Positions 21,801-31,010 of a stretch of DNA of 64,000 nucleotides are shown here, piece by piece. Below the pieces are notes generated by a model. It had not been told where the DNA came from. It saw only the letters and a list, made by a program, of their open reading frames with translations, and ran no database searches. Positions within the stretch are counted from its first letter, which is position 1, and each line of letters starts with the position of its first letter. A program made the position numbers and the translations under genes. Source of the DNA: a virus; the IMG/VR virus record IMGVR_UViG_3300035438_000194, positions 49,847 to 113,846 of that record; one strand, 5' to 3'.

Positions 21801-24800
21801 CCGGTTACTTAGATCTTACTACGTATAAGACTGATGATAATACAGATGATGCTACTGAGGAGGATGACGATGATTCTGGAAGACCAACAAAGTCAAAGGA
21901 CAGAACTGGTATGTATGCTGGTAACGGTACGGAACTTTCTGGTCTTGAGAGAATGGACTCAATATTAAAGTTTGCATTCTCAAACATAACAGAGATAGGA
22001 CCTGATGGGATAAAGCGTAATCAGATGGGTCTTCCTGTAATGGCTTCTTCAAAAACAATCTTCAATATGGTTTCTTCCCTTACGGAGAATCTTAATGATA
22101 GAGAGGAAATGTATAGAGCCATTTGGAATAAGTCAGAGGAGAAAGAAAGAAATGGTGAGCCTACACCTATGGCTCAAATGCTCAAGCAGTTCCTAAGCAA
22201 AGTAGGAGAGCCTAAGGATGCTACAAGCGGTATTGCGCAATTGTTTTGGAATAAAGTATTCCATGGTTTACGTACAGACCGTTTAACGAGCATACAAGTA
22301 AACATTAATAAGACAAAATACGGTCACGAAGTTATAGTTGGTGAGACTGACTCTTCTGATAAAGCTATCTTAAGAGGTTGGCAAGATGCCTTTGTGTTTA
22401 ATAATAAGTCTGATTATCTTATTGTAGATCCTAAGACTAATGAGAAGTACTTAGACCTGAAAGCATTGAATGCAAAGTATGGTAATATTGGTCCGGGTCA
22501 GCCTATTGAAAGTATTGACCAAATCAATCCTTATCAATTCTTTAAAGATTTTGGTATTCTCATAACACCAACTAATAAGAATCTTAAGGCTATAAGAGAT
22601 CAAGATATTATAAGAACTCTACTTAGATTTAGGCTTGCCCCTTTAATGAGGATTCCTGATTTAAAAGTAACTAGCTATAATAGTCTTTTTATGGAGAACC
22701 ATCCTTACATTGATGCTAAGGGTGAGAAGTCGGTATTACAAGAACAAGGTGGTGTAATGAATAAATTACTAGCACTTGAGTCAAAAGCCAATCCAAAGTA
22801 TTCTGACTACATGCGTTTGTTTGGTGCTGATGCAAGAAGTGAGAGATCAAATCCAAGCGGTCCAGGTAATACACTCATTGCTTTAAATAAAGCAGGTAAC
22901 TTCAATAATATAATATCAAGACCTGAGCTTAGTCAATATAACCCTAAGAAGAATCCTGCAGTTAAGACATCTGTTATTTTTAATAAGATGTTCCCTAGTT
23001 TAGGGGCAAGAGATCAAAGATACAGTCTTGACTACCAAGCAATGTTAGGTACTCAGTATATTGATAAGAGAGCGGGTATTGATACATTAGTAACTAGTCT
23101 AGCATCAGCAGAATCAGATGAGCAAGTAGCATATCTACGTGACTTCTTCTCTTTCTCATTGCATGGTGCAGCTGAAGCGTTCAAGCATGCTGATAAGAAC
23201 ATGGCTTATATCGTACAGCTACTTGGTCCACAAATGTTCTATATACCCATAGCAGACTTTGCAAAAGGTACTGGAGAAGGTAACACAGGAAAACAAGCTG
23301 CAAACAAAATTATAACTGGTTACATAGCTGCTGAGTTAGAAAGAATCAAGAAGGTACTAGCTAGTAAAGAACTTACATCTGGTGAGAAAGCATCAGACAT
23401 TATATTATATACAGATTCAGAGGCAACTGTAAAAGATGAGGATGGTTTAATCAGAGAAGTAAAGTATAAAACACTAGCTGATGTTGGTGTTGAGTTTACC
23501 GTGTTTGATGACATCCTATCAGATGATTTAAAGGCTAGACTTATAAATGATAAGAGTATTCAGACAGTTGAAGACTTCCTAAAGTTATTATCTGGTGATA
23601 AAGCCTTAGAACAAAGCATTCACAGAGAGTTAAATACTTACTTTGCTAAGCTGGTAAAAGAAGATAGAGACCAACTTGAGTCTTTTGAGTTCTTTAAAGG
23701 CGCTAATAAAGCTAAGTCACTTAGTACTATTAAAAACAGATCGTTTAAAAATAGTAGTCTTAGTACTGATGAAATCTTTGATGCATCAGTGTTACACTAT
23801 GTGTATGCATCATTCATCCACAAGATGGAGATGAGCACCTTGTTCTATGGGGATGCTGTTATGTTCCAGCATGATAAGGATGAGCATATGAAAAGGATTC
23901 CTACATTCTTTGCTACAGGAAAGATTCCAGTGTTTGATGACACTATGGAAAACTGGTTGTTATCATCAGCAGGAGGTTACTATAAATCTGAGTTCTTTAA
24001 AAACTCTGGGTTGACTCAACCTACTAGTAATCAATTAGTTACAAGACAATTGAATACTGCTATCCTTGAGGATGCCATAGAAAGTATATCAAAAGAAGCC
24101 TTTGACCAAATGGTGGAGGCGTACCTAAAAAATAATCCAGGAGCTACAGAAGCTGAAGCTAAAGCTAAGTACAAGTCATATAGGAATATGAAGTCAGCGG
24201 ATGCTCAAGGATGGATTTCCTTTGATGCTTACCGTGCTTTAGAAATACGCTTAGACAACTGGAGCCCTGCTAAAGAAGTAGTATACCAAGAGGTGTTAAA
24301 AGGAGAGATCAGTGACCCTGAAATACTTGAGACATTCTTCCCTGTTAAGAAGATGCAGTATGCTGGACCTATGGGTACTGAGAACTTTGCGGCTAATGCT
24401 GTACACAAGTACTCATTGATGCCTTTGATTCCTACTATTATTAAAGATACAGAGCTCGAGAAACTACACAATAAGATGGTTTCTCAGAACATTGCTTACT
24501 CTGTAATGCACAGTGGTTCTAAGGTTGCTAGTATAGGTAATGGTAATAAGTTAAGTAAGTTCTACACTGAACCGAACGGTAACCGCACATTGGCATTTAC
24601 TGCTCCTGATTACCAGTTCTCTTCTAGTGTTATCTACTTAGATTACTTTAAAGAGCAGCTCGTAACACATGATACTGCAAAGGGTAAAGTAAAGTTCCCA
24701 ACACAGAAACGTGCATTGGTTACATCTGGCCTTGATGAGTTTGGTGTACCTACAGACTTTGAAGTAGGTAGCACTGATGATGAAAGATTAACTGCTTGGA

Positions 24801-27800
24801 ATGCGCTGCCTGATGAGAAAGCTAGACTAAAAGCATCTAAAGCATATACCCTTAAGAGAAACTATCAAAAGGCATTTAAAGAACTATTTGATACAGCTAA
24901 AGACAAGTTGAAGATGGAACTTGGTTACAAGGATCCTAAATCAACTTCAAAAACAGAAGGTCTTAACTTAGAGAAACTTATGGCTTTTGTAGAGGAGCAA
25001 CTCCTTAACAGAGAGACCTTGTCTGAGTATGAGTTAGACTTTTTGCAAATGAGCCCTAGCGGTCAGTTGATTTATCCGCAAGACTTTGGTTCAGATCCAT
25101 CACAGATTGAAAAACTTATATCATCATTGGTCAATAAGAGAATTACTGACCAGATGTCTAGAGGTGAGTCTTTCATCCAAGTGTCTAGTGTTGGTTTTAG
25201 AAAAGCTGATTTGGCAGCAGATTCTAGTTTATTATTCTACCGTATAGGACCTGATGGTAAAACGTTACCAATGCAGGTTAAGATACCATTGATGGGTGAC
25301 TTTAAAAACCTATTGAACCATGTGGACAATGATGGTAAAAAGATTGGTACCCTGGCTCGTTTAAATGAGTTGATCAAGGATGAGAAGTGGATGAATGAGA
25401 ACCGTGAAATGCTTACTATGGGCGGTGACCGTATTCCAATTCAGGGTCACAACTCTATGGAGGTTATGGAAGTAGCTGAGTTCTTTGATCCTGCTGGTGG
25501 TAACATGATGGTATTACCATTAGAGATTGTTGCTAAGACCGGTGGTGACTTTGACATTGATAAGCTTATCTGCTTGATCCCTGTTATCAAAAACAACATG
25601 GGTGTAGTAGAACTATCTAAACCCACTAAGACCCGTAAGGTACTTAAGACTATTGTTAAGGAGAAGAGTGACTTGTATAATGAACTTAAGGCTTTAAGAA
25701 AACAATATATTAAAGAAGAACTTACACCAGAGTTTAGAGAAGAAATTAGTAAACTTGAAGATGAGCAAAGAGCAGCTCAGCAAGAGTTTAATGAAAATTA
25801 TATTAATGATTACTATGTAGGCGGATCATTAGATAAGTATATGAACCGTATCAACAGTGCTCAACAAACTATTGATGCTATATATGATCAACTCTTTGAA
25901 GACAGGAAAGAAGTATTCCAAGGTGAATTTGATCAGTATATTGATGAGGCTCAACCTATACTTAATAAGTTACGTGAGTTAAACAGACAAGAAGATACAT
26001 TCAGTCCCGATGCCTATCAGAATAATCTGATGCAAGCAATGAATGATATATTACTAAGAGGTGAAAACTTTACTAACCTTACACTTCCTAATGATACAGA
26101 GACCTATACAGCTAAGGGTGGTATTGTTGATGAATTTACAAGTGTAAACAGACCTTATCAAAGAAGTAATAATAAGACTAATAACAGAAGAAAGAAAATG
26201 TCTCCTACCCGTATCATGGAGAATCGTTACAACAATGTTAAAGCATTTGCAATGAGTGCGGGTAAGAGCGGTGTAAGTTTGGGTGCTAAGACTAACAAGA
26301 TCTTTATAAAATATAAAGAGGTTGGTTTGTACTTTGAACCTACTTATACAGCTATTAAAGGAAACAAGCAGTACCCTATTAAGCAAAGATTACTAGTAGA
26401 TCATAAGACTGTTTTAGTTAATGGTAAACGAGCAATCTCTATGGGGCATGGTAAGGATGTGAATGGTAAAGATATTTCAGATCAGATCTCTCAGTTGATG
26501 AATGGTTACTTAGACGTAGCTAAAGAAGACTGGGTATTTGATATCAATGCTGTAAAAGAATTAGAACCTGAGTTCTTATTATTGTTACAGGCGGGTGTTG
26601 GTCCTAGAATGGCAACAGCTTTAATATCACAACCTTTAGTTAAGAAGTATGTAGAAGCTATCCGTAAGAGAAGTAATGCATTCTCATTAGCTGTTAGTGA
26701 TAAAGAAACTTCTTTAAGCTTTGCTAAGTATGAAGCCTTGTTAGAAATATTGGACAAAAACATGCCTGATATATTCAACTATGCTGATGCACCTGTAAAT
26801 CAGGAAACTGGAAATATTATAACTCCATCAAATGAAAAGTTATTGTTTGATGCGCAAAGGTTTTTAGGTAATCGCGGAAACTTTAATATTGATGATCTTA
26901 TAGCTAATGCTAAGAAGGGTCCTGATTCTGGAGTCACTGGATATGATATAGAGGCATTTGCTCACTTCATGGAGATCATGGATCTTACTAAAGGAGACAA
27001 AGAACTTAAGCAAAGCATAGATATTGACACTAAGAAGCAATTGACTGCGTTAGATGCGACTAAGAAAATTAATGCGCTTAAAGACCTATCTGGTAGATTC
27101 CCTAAGAGTAAGATTAAAAGTCTTCTGGATGACACATATTTATCTAACTTTAAGACTCAGGGTCTTCTGCTTGAAGCTATTTCAAAAGTGTTACCATTAC
27201 GAGGTTTAAAATCTTTAAATGACTTTGCATACGATCTTAGTAAGAATAAAAAGTTTGATGATCAGAAAGCAAGAGAGAACTATGAAAAGAACTTGATTGC
27301 TGACTTTCCTTCTTACATTGCAGCTAATGCTAGACCACGTGTAACTAGTAATGATGCAAGTTATAGAGGTGTTGAAATTGAACAAACTATACCAATCAAT
27401 AAGCAAACATTACTTAAGTTTGGAGCTATCTATATGGATGGTGCTCTTCAAGTAGACCAGACTCAGATTGACATTGACTTTGATAACAGAGCTTATACTA
27501 AAGATGGTTATGGAGACGGTCTTCTTGCTAAACTACCACCTACCGTATTCTCAGAATATGATAAAGGTAAAAAGACTGCTAGAAACTTATACAGAGCATT
27601 TGTATTTGAAAGAGAGATAGCACGTGCAGCATTCCCTTATACTGAGATAGAAGGCACTGATGATCAGTTTGAGTTATTTAGAGCAGAGTTTCAAATGTAT
27701 CAAGTAATGCGTATGAACACCCCTGGTGGTGCAAAGCTTGACCTAGTGGATCAGTATGAAGAGTTTATCAGAAACAAAGCATTATATAATGCAGGAATTG

Positions 27801-30800
27801 ATGCTGGTAGATTTATGTCTATGCCTAGCATGGGTATCTTTAGTATGTATGATACTTTCTCAGCTATACTTAACCAGGCAAATATTCAAGGTGTAAATCT
27901 AAAAGAACAGTTCCCTGTATTAGAAAGCCTTAGACAAACTGAAGTAGAAGGTAAGAAGTTTAACTTTATTACTTTAGCTAGAAAGGTTAAAGATGTAGAT
28001 GATCGTACATCATTTACAGCACAGTTGCTTAGCTTGATGAATCCTAATGTCCGTAAGGTTGGTAATGAAGGTTTCAATCTTGCTATCAGTTCTTTCTTTG
28101 CTAAGTTCCCAGAGATGGCATTTGCCCAAGCTGGTAACAACAGTGCAAGTGGGTTATACATTGGTTCAATCGTAGACGCTAAGTCTATAGCAGTTGCCCA
28201 AGCGGACAACTTAAATGAGTACATTGAAGCCCTTAAGGATCCTGAAACAGCTAAAAACATCTTAAATGACTACGCTAGAAAGTTTGAGCAAAAAGCTCCT
28301 TACAAAAACAAAGCAGCTTATTTTAACTATAACAGTAACAAGGATATCACTGATTATATTCCTGAGGCGCTACCAGAAGATGCATTATCAATTGCAGAAT
28401 CAGAAGTAAAGAAAGAGCCACACTGGAGAAAGGATGAGGCTATGGCCAATGCTTCAACAAAGGCAATTGCTAAAGCTACACAGCCAAAAGATGTTACTTA
28501 TAGAAGTTCAACCAAAGCTTATCTAGAAGCCCTTGGCGGAGCATCTACAGACTTTACAAGTTCTGATGCTGTATGGATATTTGGAGCAGGTGCTTGGAGT
28601 GCTACAGCAAAGAATATCAAAGAAGACTTTGATAATTACTATGTACCTATGATCAATAGAGCCTTAGAATCAGGTGTCACTACCTTCAATATAGGTACAG
28701 CATCTGGTATTGATACTATGGCAACAGACTACTTAAAGAGTAAAGGCTTTACTGTAGAGTCACAGGGTGAGTGGAATAAACTTACTGGTGGACCGGTAAC
28801 AGCTGTTGAAACAGCTAGAACCATCTATGATAAAATTAATAAAGATCAAACAACGCAGTCAGAAAATGTAGTATTACCTAAAGATTTAGAAGACAATAAA
28901 ATATATTCAGGTAAGGAATTCTGGAATAAAATTGTACCAGAAGCGAGGGATATGTTTGATGATAAGGTAAATCCAAAAACAGGTCAGACAAGACCAATGA
29001 TTGTTGCGTATAGAGGTAGTCATAAAAAAACGTTTTTGCAGAACTACAAAGATGGCCTTACTGTAGGTAATCCTTTTGATTGGCAAGTTGAAACAGGCAC
29101 TGGGGATGAGAAAGGTATAAAGTCTACTAAACGATTTATACATTGGATGATTACCGGAGATAACATGGGGACAGCTGCAGCTACTCCAGAGTACAGACAA
29201 GCTATCATAGATGATATTAAGTCAGGTAAGATAAAAGGCAGTCCTATTCTTTACTATGCAGAGAAGAACTATGCTACTCACGCAACAGCTTTAGACTATC
29301 TGATCAATAAGCATGACTGGGATGCTCAAGCTCCCGGTGCTCGTAAAACTTATACTGGGAAAATAACTAGTTTGCAACCTAATCAAATATTTGTATTTGG
29401 TTCCAATGAAGGAAGTTCTAAAGGAGGTAAACCTACACATGGATCAGGTTCTGCTAAAGATGCTAAAGACAAATTTGGAGCTATTCAAGGTCAAAGCAGA
29501 GGAGCTCAAGGACAGTCTTATGCAATTGTAACTAAGAAGTTCTACGATGTAAAAAAGTCTAGCACTCCTCAAGAAATCATAGAAGAGATCAAAGGTTTAT
29601 ATGCATATGCTGAACAAAACTCTGATAAAGATTTCTTAGTATCTGACTACTCTGAGAGTAACCTTAATGGTTATACCGGGCAAGAGATGGCAGATATGTT
29701 TAATGCTGCTGGATCTATACCTTCTAACATTGTGTTTAATCAAAACTTTGATAAGCTATTACCTAGTACTCAAGCTCCTAGAGCTACTGTAAAAGGACCC
29801 GGTCCAGAGACTAAGATGAATATTTATGCCGGTACAGGAGAGAATGCTGAATTAAGTAACTTTGCTAATAGACCTTTTTTCCCTACAACTAATGGATTGG
29901 CACAAGCTAGATTTAATAATGTAGAAAGTGCATATCAAGCAGCTAAGATTCTATTCTATACAGATAAAAGTGATAAGGCTACACTTGAATATAATGCATC
30001 TCTATATAACCAACTTAAAAATACCAATGGTTCTCAAGCTAAATCTATAGGTAAAAATATTAGATCTTTAAACATTCAAGATTGGGATGCTAATTCTTCT
30101 AGAATAATGAAGGAACTGTTAAAACAGTCCTTTGAACAAAATCCAGATGCTCTTGCTAAACTTCTTGCTACAGGTAATGCTACTCTTACACATACACAAG
30201 ATAGAGGTAAGTGGGCTACAGAGTTTCCAAGATTGCTTATGGAGGTAAGAGAAGAGCTAAGTCCTTCTCAACCACAAGCAGCAGCTGGACCAACTGTACA
30301 AGCTGCCCAAGCTGCACCAGGTCTTATCATTGACATAAGAGGTCCTAAGGAACTAGTTGATTATGAGACTGGTGATTTGATACCTGTAGCTAAAGTATAC
30401 AAGCAGACTCAGTTCATTACAAAAAATGGAGACGGAGTGGAGATTGCTTATACTCTTCCTGAACAACTTGCTAAACAAATAATGGATGAGAATCCAAACA
30501 ATGTATTTGTATTTGATTGGTTCCGTCCTCACAGTACTGGTAAAGAAAACACTGCTGCAAGAAACAATACTAGACAAGCTTGGAGATCAGGTTTAGCAAC
30601 TGGACAAAGTTTTGGTATCACTACTAGAACCTTTGAAGGAAAAACACCAAGTGATGTACAGTTTGAAGGTGTTAAAAAAGTTATTGATGAGCAGATTGAA
30701 CAACTTGTACAACTCCGTGACTCAGGTAAGATCATTACCTTCCCTTCAGATGGTATAGGTCAGAACTTTAAAGGCTCAGGTGCTGATCGAATCTTTGTAT

Positions 30801-31009
30801 ATTTGTCTAAGAAGCTTCTTGAGAATTTTGGTTACAGAAATCCAGCGTTTGATAACATAAGCTTAGTACTTGGACCTTTAGAAGTAACAGGTACAGACTA
30901 TACGCAAGACTTCTATAAGAAGATGGCGGATGCTGAGTCTGGAGAAAAGGCTCAGACAGTTACAGACAATGAAGTTAGAGAACATATTAAAACGTGTAAA
31001 ATAAAGTAA
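18818..31009 (+). CDS. Virion RNA polymerase polyprotein (crAss-like) with N-terminal zincin and C-terminal accessory domains
   Basis: 4063 aa. Catalytic GGDFDIDK (DFDID at 25547-25561) is preceded by RIPIQGHNSM. HEAWH at 20984-20998. The C-terminus holds SLOG-like, DUF4326-like, macro-like and NADAR domains. Confidence 0.9.
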   Translation: MICKPDGTYEIEQSDIDKVNKWVYKLLSTRATSGTRTFDLNAFVKYVYTRSLEKTNDAQKALTIARQVPIAIDLVISADPDLRKGLAALQGYSRDAVDAMGDSFLESMTAVSDLVNTDPTKKDLANTLAATANVELLQPVTPTIQAGALETGRELVSDLPYTPLSTTGNEDIPGREWYYGFIKNISNQDLGLSNTGTASYFGVKDGIRIAMVLGSQIPVDQLYLDVQNQTDIEDIKKNQLFTVVTDNAGNFVYFNENYEVTDAENGKLVYFPTRTIPSMKVVDGRKVFNLGEQSDRTVQSIKDKVRKIMADAPLLKEKDAREQVEVEFQGAYSLLSDIADHLQNNPSDKVLLNLTGINKGTLRYDQDTVTPLSSIKNLGALNLRIRTTGVSSEGTKQEFETRRYLAIDGVSDKIGFSMNSFSTAMASKVADLLVNDVYTEDGTRLSTDDKYKMIRTFVPLGTTGLTIVTANNEIKIGGNTVDLSDKAAAKAAIVEFLTRTIKVNDSKGNEIEIKNQLRFDGKTYEASNGVIDDFTITPASDGTYTVASNLVDYKTWLKDNAYIKIQLDSNGNVTQVNGYFEFNASPETRKTIASRQVEQMAVPKKGGDLSLNGLTAPTVEDKENALAKIRERAKGRNNKPLFSMRHDSLAANKAQIRRGKKWFDTTEIKFKDADGKVVTKKLSEIVPYEVMFNVINSNGDIRATWTRNGITLFNGSDYTDLYHEAWHGFTQLFLTADQKTALYNEVKSLKEDIKYYDHKAGEWKTMNSKDLDFSDRNHIIYAEEYLADKFRKYSMDRSAPSAKVKSIFRKIWDAIKALFSRSTKESAANPYNNTLINQAFDQLYTGNLVDYTFDQANIQFGQLNYGITAIDKDLNGIEGLSVEDSLAISEGINHYIAEYIDMAVAGLVYGDANPAYSSLILTDAEYKKEALFYAKDMLQVQLDKLLAEYGTKVSYEKQIAERQIKTLTFAIDQFGDLDDLRNNKKGTLAFFNKKTGYLDLTTYKTDDNTDDATEEDDDDSGRPTKSKDRTGMYAGNGTELSGLERMDSILKFAFSNITEIGPDGIKRNQMGLPVMASSKTIFNMVSSLTENLNDREEMYRAIWNKSEEKERNGEPTPMAQMLKQFLSKVGEPKDATSGIAQLFWNKVFHGLRTDRLTSIQVNINKTKYGHEVIVGETDSSDKAILRGWQDAFVFNNKSDYLIVDPKTNEKYLDLKALNAKYGNIGPGQPIESIDQINPYQFFKDFGILITPTNKNLKAIRDQDIIRTLLRFRLAPLMRIPDLKVTSYNSLFMENHPYIDAKGEKSVLQEQGGVMNKLLALESKANPKYSDYMRLFGADARSERSNPSGPGNTLIALNKAGNFNNIISRPELSQYNPKKNPAVKTSVIFNKMFPSLGARDQRYSLDYQAMLGTQYIDKRAGIDTLVTSLASAESDEQVAYLRDFFSFSLHGAAEAFKHADKNMAYIVQLLGPQMFYIPIADFAKGTGEGNTGKQAANKIITGYIAAELERIKKVLASKELTSGEKASDIILYTDSEATVKDEDGLIREVKYKTLADVGVEFTVFDDILSDDLKARLINDKSIQTVEDFLKLLSGDKALEQSIHRELNTYFAKLVKEDRDQLESFEFFKGANKAKSLSTIKNRSFKNSSLSTDEIFDASVLHYVYASFIHKMEMSTLFYGDAVMFQHDKDEHMKRIPTFFATGKIPVFDDTMENWLLSSAGGYYKSEFFKNSGLTQPTSNQLVTRQLNTAILEDAIESISKEAFDQMVEAYLKNNPGATEAEAKAKYKSYRNMKSADAQGWISFDAYRALEIRLDNWSPAKEVVYQEVLKGEISDPEILETFFPVKKMQYAGPMGTENFAANAVHKYSLMPLIPTIIKDTELEKLHNKMVSQNIAYSVMHSGSKVASIGNGNKLSKFYTEPNGNRTLAFTAPDYQFSSSVIYLDYFKEQLVTHDTAKGKVKFPTQKRALVTSGLDEFGVPTDFEVGSTDDERLTAWNALPDEKARLKASKAYTLKRNYQKAFKELFDTAKDKLKMELGYKDPKSTSKTEGLNLEKLMAFVEEQLLNRETLSEYELDFLQMSPSGQLIYPQDFGSDPSQIEKLISSLVNKRITDQMSRGESFIQVSSVGFRKADLAADSSLLFYRIGPDGKTLPMQVKIPLMGDFKNLLNHVDNDGKKIGTLARLNELIKDEKWMNENREMLTMGGDRIPIQGHNSMEVMEVAEFFDPAGGNMMVLPLEIVAKTGGDFDIDKLICLIPVIKNNMGVVELSKPTKTRKVLKTIVKEKSDLYNELKALRKQYIKEELTPEFREEISKLEDEQRAAQQEFNENYINDYYVGGSLDKYMNRINSAQQTIDAIYDQLFEDRKEVFQGEFDQYIDEAQPILNKLRELNRQEDTFSPDAYQNNLMQAMNDILLRGENFTNLTLPNDTETYTAKGGIVDEFTSVNRPYQRSNNKTNNRRKKMSPTRIMENRYNNVKAFAMSAGKSGVSLGAKTNKIFIKYKEVGLYFEPTYTAIKGNKQYPIKQRLLVDHKTVLVNGKRAISMGHGKDVNGKDISDQISQLMNGYLDVAKEDWVFDINAVKELEPEFLLLLQAGVGPRMATALISQPLVKKYVEAIRKRSNAFSLAVSDKETSLSFAKYEALLEILDKNMPDIFNYADAPVNQETGNIITPSNEKLLFDAQRFLGNRGNFNIDDLIANAKKGPDSGVTGYDIEAFAHFMEIMDLTKGDKELKQSIDIDTKKQLTALDATKKINALKDLSGRFPKSKIKSLLDDTYLSNFKTQGLLLEAISKVLPLRGLKSLNDFAYDLSKNKKFDDQKARENYEKNLIADFPSYIAANARPRVTSNDASYRGVEIEQTIPINKQTLLKFGAIYMDGALQVDQTQIDIDFDNRAYTKDGYGDGLLAKLPPTVFSEYDKGKKTARNLYRAFVFEREIARAAFPYTEIEGTDDQFELFRAEFQMYQVMRMNTPGGAKLDLVDQYEEFIRNKALYNAGIDAGRFMSMPSMGIFSMYDTFSAILNQANIQGVNLKEQFPVLESLRQTEVEGKKFNFITLARKVKDVDDRTSFTAQLLSLMNPNVRKVGNEGFNLAISSFFAKFPEMAFAQAGNNSASGLYIGSIVDAKSIAVAQADNLNEYIEALKDPETAKNILNDYARKFEQKAPYKNKAAYFNYNSNKDITDYIPEALPEDALSIAESEVKKEPHWRKDEAMANASTKAIAKATQPKDVTYRSSTKAYLEALGGASTDFTSSDAVWIFGAGAWSATAKNIKEDFDNYYVPMINRALESGVTTFNIGTASGIDTMATDYLKSKGFTVESQGEWNKLTGGPVTAVETARTIYDKINKDQTTQSENVVLPKDLEDNKIYSGKEFWNKIVPEARDMFDDKVNPKTGQTRPMIVAYRGSHKKTFLQNYKDGLTVGNPFDWQVETGTGDEKGIKSTKRFIHWMITGDNMGTAAATPEYRQAIIDDIKSGKIKGSPILYYAEKNYATHATALDYLINKHDWDAQAPGARKTYTGKITSLQPNQIFVFGSNEGSSKGGKPTHGSGSAKDAKDKFGAIQGQSRGAQGQSYAIVTKKFYDVKKSSTPQEIIEEIKGLYAYAEQNSDKDFLVSDYSESNLNGYTGQEMADMFNAAGSIPSNIVFNQNFDKLLPSTQAPRATVKGPGPETKMNIYAGTGENAELSNFANRPFFPTTNGLAQARFNNVESAYQAAKILFYTDKSDKATLEYNASLYNQLKNTNGSQAKSIGKNIRSLNIQDWDANSSRIMKELLKQSFEQNPDALAKLLATGNATLTHTQDRGKWATEFPRLLMEVREELSPSQPQAAAGPTVQAAQAAPGLIIDIRGPKELVDYETGDLIPVAKVYKQTQFITKNGDGVEIAYTLPEQLAKQIMDENPNNVFVFDWFRPHSTGKENTAARNNTRQAWRSGLATGQSFGITTRTFEGKTPSDVQFEGVKKVIDEQIEQLVQLRDSGKIITFPSDGIGQNFKGSGADRIFVYLSKKLLENFGYRNPAFDNISLVLGPLEVTGTDYTQDFYKKMADAESGEKAQTVTDNEVREHIKTCKIK

Positions 31010-31010
31010 A

